From Chiloscyllium plagiosum (Eukaryota): a stretch of 64,000 bases of DNA. Every line of letters begins with the position of its first letter. Position 1 is the first letter of the stretch. The stretch spans positions 44,625,921-44,689,920 of the forward strand of contig NC_057719.1 of the NCBI RefSeq assembly GCF_004010195.1, written 5' to 3'. Made by a program: the position numbers and the translations under genes. A model generated the notes under the pieces. The model saw only the letters and a program-made list of their open reading frames with translations. It did not search any database and was not told the DNA's origin. Below, piece after piece: positions 60,905 to 64,000 of this stretch.

Positions 60905-63900
60905 TGACCAGCAGAGGATTGTGACAACATGGGTTGGCTTTTGGGATGAAGATTTGCATTCGTGCCACCAGAGGGAGGACCTCAGCAAGACGCCCTCTAA
61001 GCTTAGGTGAAGAGGAGCAACCAGCAGAGGACTGTGACAATGTGGATTGGCTGTCAGAGTGAAGATTTGTGTCAGTGCAGTCACCATTACCAGAAGAAGG
61101 ACCTCAGCAAGATGTCCTCTGAGCACTGAAGAACAGCTTGTTGTCAAGGAATGCTTAAGGTCATATACTGTAGTGGACTCTGACAAGGAGTAGGGAGATA
61201 TGAAAAATTTGTTGGTAGCAGAGTAAGAAGTAAGGCTGTGGCTTGAGAAGCTTTGCAGAACAGCAGCTCAGCAAAAAGTACAGGTAAGCTCAGGTAAAGT
61301 CATTTTAACTTCCCTTTTTAGTGTTAGAGTAGTTGCATGTTCCTCCTGCAGGATGTGGGCGCTCAGGGAGACTTCTATCATCCCTGATGACTACAGCTGT
61401 GGGAGGTACACCCAGCTACAGCTCCTGGGAGACTGTGTTTGGGAGCTGGATGCACTCAGGATCATCTGAGTTGCTGAGCGCTTCATAAATATAGTTTTAG
61501 TGTGGTGGTCACACCTAAGGTGTAGGCAGAGAGTAGCTGGGTGACCACCAGAAAAGGCATGAATCTCCGGTGGCCATTCCCCTCAAAAACAAGTATACCA
61601 TTTTGGATACTGTTGGAGGTGGTGACTGTTCAGAGGAAAGCAGCAGTAGCCAGTTTGGTGGCACTACGACTGGCTCTGGGCCACAGTGGGAATGGGTAAA
61701 GATAAACAGGACCTTAATGACAGGAGACTCAATAGTTAGGGGATAGATAGGAGATTCTATGGCCACAAATGGGAATCCAGGATGGTGTATTGCCTCCCAG
61801 GTGCCAGGGTCCAGGATATCTCCAGGTGGCTGCAGAATGTTCTTAAGGGGGAGAGGGAACAATGACTTGCAGTCATTGTGCACATTGACACAAATGACAT
61901 AGGGAGAAATAGGGATGAGGCCTGCCACTGTGATTATAGAGAGCTAGGAAAAATGTTAAAAACCAGGACCGTTGTTAGTGATTAATCTCTGGATTGCTTC
62001 CAGTACCATGTGCTAGTGAGGGTAAGGACAGGAGCATATGACAGACGAATGCATGGTTAAAGCATTGATTTAGGGGGCAAGAACTTATTTTTTTAGATCA
62101 TTGGGATCTTTTCTGGGGCAGAGGTGATCTGTTCAAGAGGGACGGGTTGCACCTGAACTGGAGGGGGACCAATAACTTGATGGTCAGATTTGCTAGTTCT
62201 GCAAGGGAGAGTTTAAACTAGATTGGCATGGGGGGTTGGGATTGTCAACAGCAGGGAGGCATGTACGAGGTTCAGGGGAGATCAGTGATCAAAAATAGTA
62301 AGTTGAAGAGACAGGTCAGGCTGGAACAGAACAGGGAGCAGGGAATGCCTGTTGGGTTAAATGCATTTATTTCAATGCAAGAGGGCTGACAGGTAAGGTT
62401 GATGAACTCAGGGTGTGGATAGGTACATGGGATGGGATATAATAATCATTATAGAAACATGGCTAAGGGAGGAATAGGACTGGCAGTTTAATGTGCAGGA
62501 TACAGGGGCTTTAGGTGGGACAGAGGTGGTGGAAGGAGGGGAGGGAGAGTTGCATTTTTGATTTAAGGTGAGTATCACAGCAATAGTCAGAGATGAAATA
62601 ACTGAAGGATCATCCAGTGAGGCTTTGTTGGTGAAGCTAAGTAGTAAGAAGGGGATAGTGATGTTATTAGGGTTGTACTATAGGCCCCCAAATCATCAAT
62701 GGAAATAGAGGAACAAATATGGAGGGTGATTGGGGAGACTTGCAGAAACAATAGGATTGTCATAGGGGATTTTAATTTTCCTAACATAGACTGGCACTGC
62801 CAGAGTGTTAGGGCTTAGATGGAGTGGAATTTGTTAAGTACATTCAGGAATGTTTCCTCAAGCACATATAGAGGGCCCTACTCAGGAAGGGGCAAAACTT
62901 GACTTACTTTTGGGAATTAGGGCAGGACAGGTGACAGAGGTGACGTTGAGGGACCACTTTGGGACCAATGATCATAGTTCTATTAATTTTAAAATAGTTA
63001 TGGAGAGGGACAAAACTGGTCAACAGGTTCAAGTTCTAAATTGGGGCAAGGTGAATTTTGATGGAATTAGACAAGAGCTTGCAGGGCTGAATTGGAATAG
63101 TTTGTTTGTAGGGAAAGGGACCTTTGGCAAATGGGAGGCCTTTAAAAGTGAGATAACTAGAGTTCAGGATCTATATGTTCCTGTGACGGTGAAGGCCAAG
63201 GTTGGCAGGAATAGGGAACCCTGGACGACAAAAGATATTGAGGCTTTGGCCAGAAAGAAGGCAGGGGCGTGGCTCAGGTACAGGCAGCTGGGATCACGGG
63301 AATACCTGCAGGTATACAGGGATACAGGAGTTTACTGAAGAAAGAAATCAGAAGGACGAAAAGAGGGCACGAGATAGCCTTGGCTGAGAAGGTTAGGCAA
63401 ATCCAAAGAGGTACTTTAAGTATACTAAAGGAAAAAGAATAACTAGTGAAAGAATAGGACCCCTCCAGGAACAAAATGGACATGTATGTGTAGAACCGTA
63501 TGTGAGTGTTTACCATTAGAGAAAGACATGAAGAGTTGGGAACTTAGGGAAGTTAATGGTGATATTTTGGGGATAGTCGATGTCACAATAAAGGAAGTGT
63601 TGGATGTATTTGTACGAAGGTTGATAAATCTCCTGGACCTGACCAGATATAAAATACAAATACTACAAGAGGCTAGAGAGGAAATTACAGGGACCCTGGC
63701 TGATATTTTTCAATCATTATTAGCCACTGGTGAGGTCCCAGAAGACTGGAAGGTAGCAAATGTTGTGCCCTTATTTAAGAAGGGCTGCAAAGAAAAACCT
63801 GGGAACTATAGACCAGTAAGCCTGGGTAATTTATTTGAGAAGATTCTGAGGGATATGATACACATACATTTGGAAAGACAGGGTTTGATTAGGAGTAGTC

Positions 63901-64000
63901 AGCATAGCTTGGTGAGTTGGAGATCATGCCTCACAAATTTGTTAAAGTTCTTTGATGAAGTGACCAGGAAAGTTGACGAGGGCAGGGCAGTAGACGTAGT
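60905..64000 (+). mobile_element. Decayed CR1 LINE from the 5' UTR through ORF1 into ORF2, cut by the window end
   Basis: VRVVACSSCRMW, GDSIVRG, CLPGARVQDI, CIYFNARGL, GDFNFPNIDW, NDH, VPEDWKVANVVPLFKKG. Confidence 0.9.

Overview
Non-coding, repeat-dense vertebrate genomic DNA, most likely from a cartilaginous fish (shark-type CR1 LINE families plus V-SINE/HE1-like and Deu-domain SINEs; the taxon is inferred from repeat families). It contains one 142-N assembly gap. I cannot identify any intact host protein-coding gene. Nearly all listed ORFs are decayed transposon frames or their antisense shadows. Recognisable content: an L1-clade 3' end, many CR1 copies (two near full-length and decayed), a Rex1/Babar fragment in a triple nest, Penelope-like (GIY-YIG) fragments, a Gypsy gag relic, a probable solo LTR, two PIF/Harbinger relics with spliced Myb/SANT pseudogenes, SINEs and simple repeats. 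The most notable pattern is a set of short Penelope-derived units carrying minimal hammerhead-ribozyme motifs (CUGANGA...GAAACGUH). Five are fold-back palindromes with 13-17 bp target-site duplications and breakpoints clustered at the ribozyme. A candidate host exon with a perfect donor lies at 11500-11790, and a few unique stretches look enhancer-like. Boundaries of old repeats are approximate.
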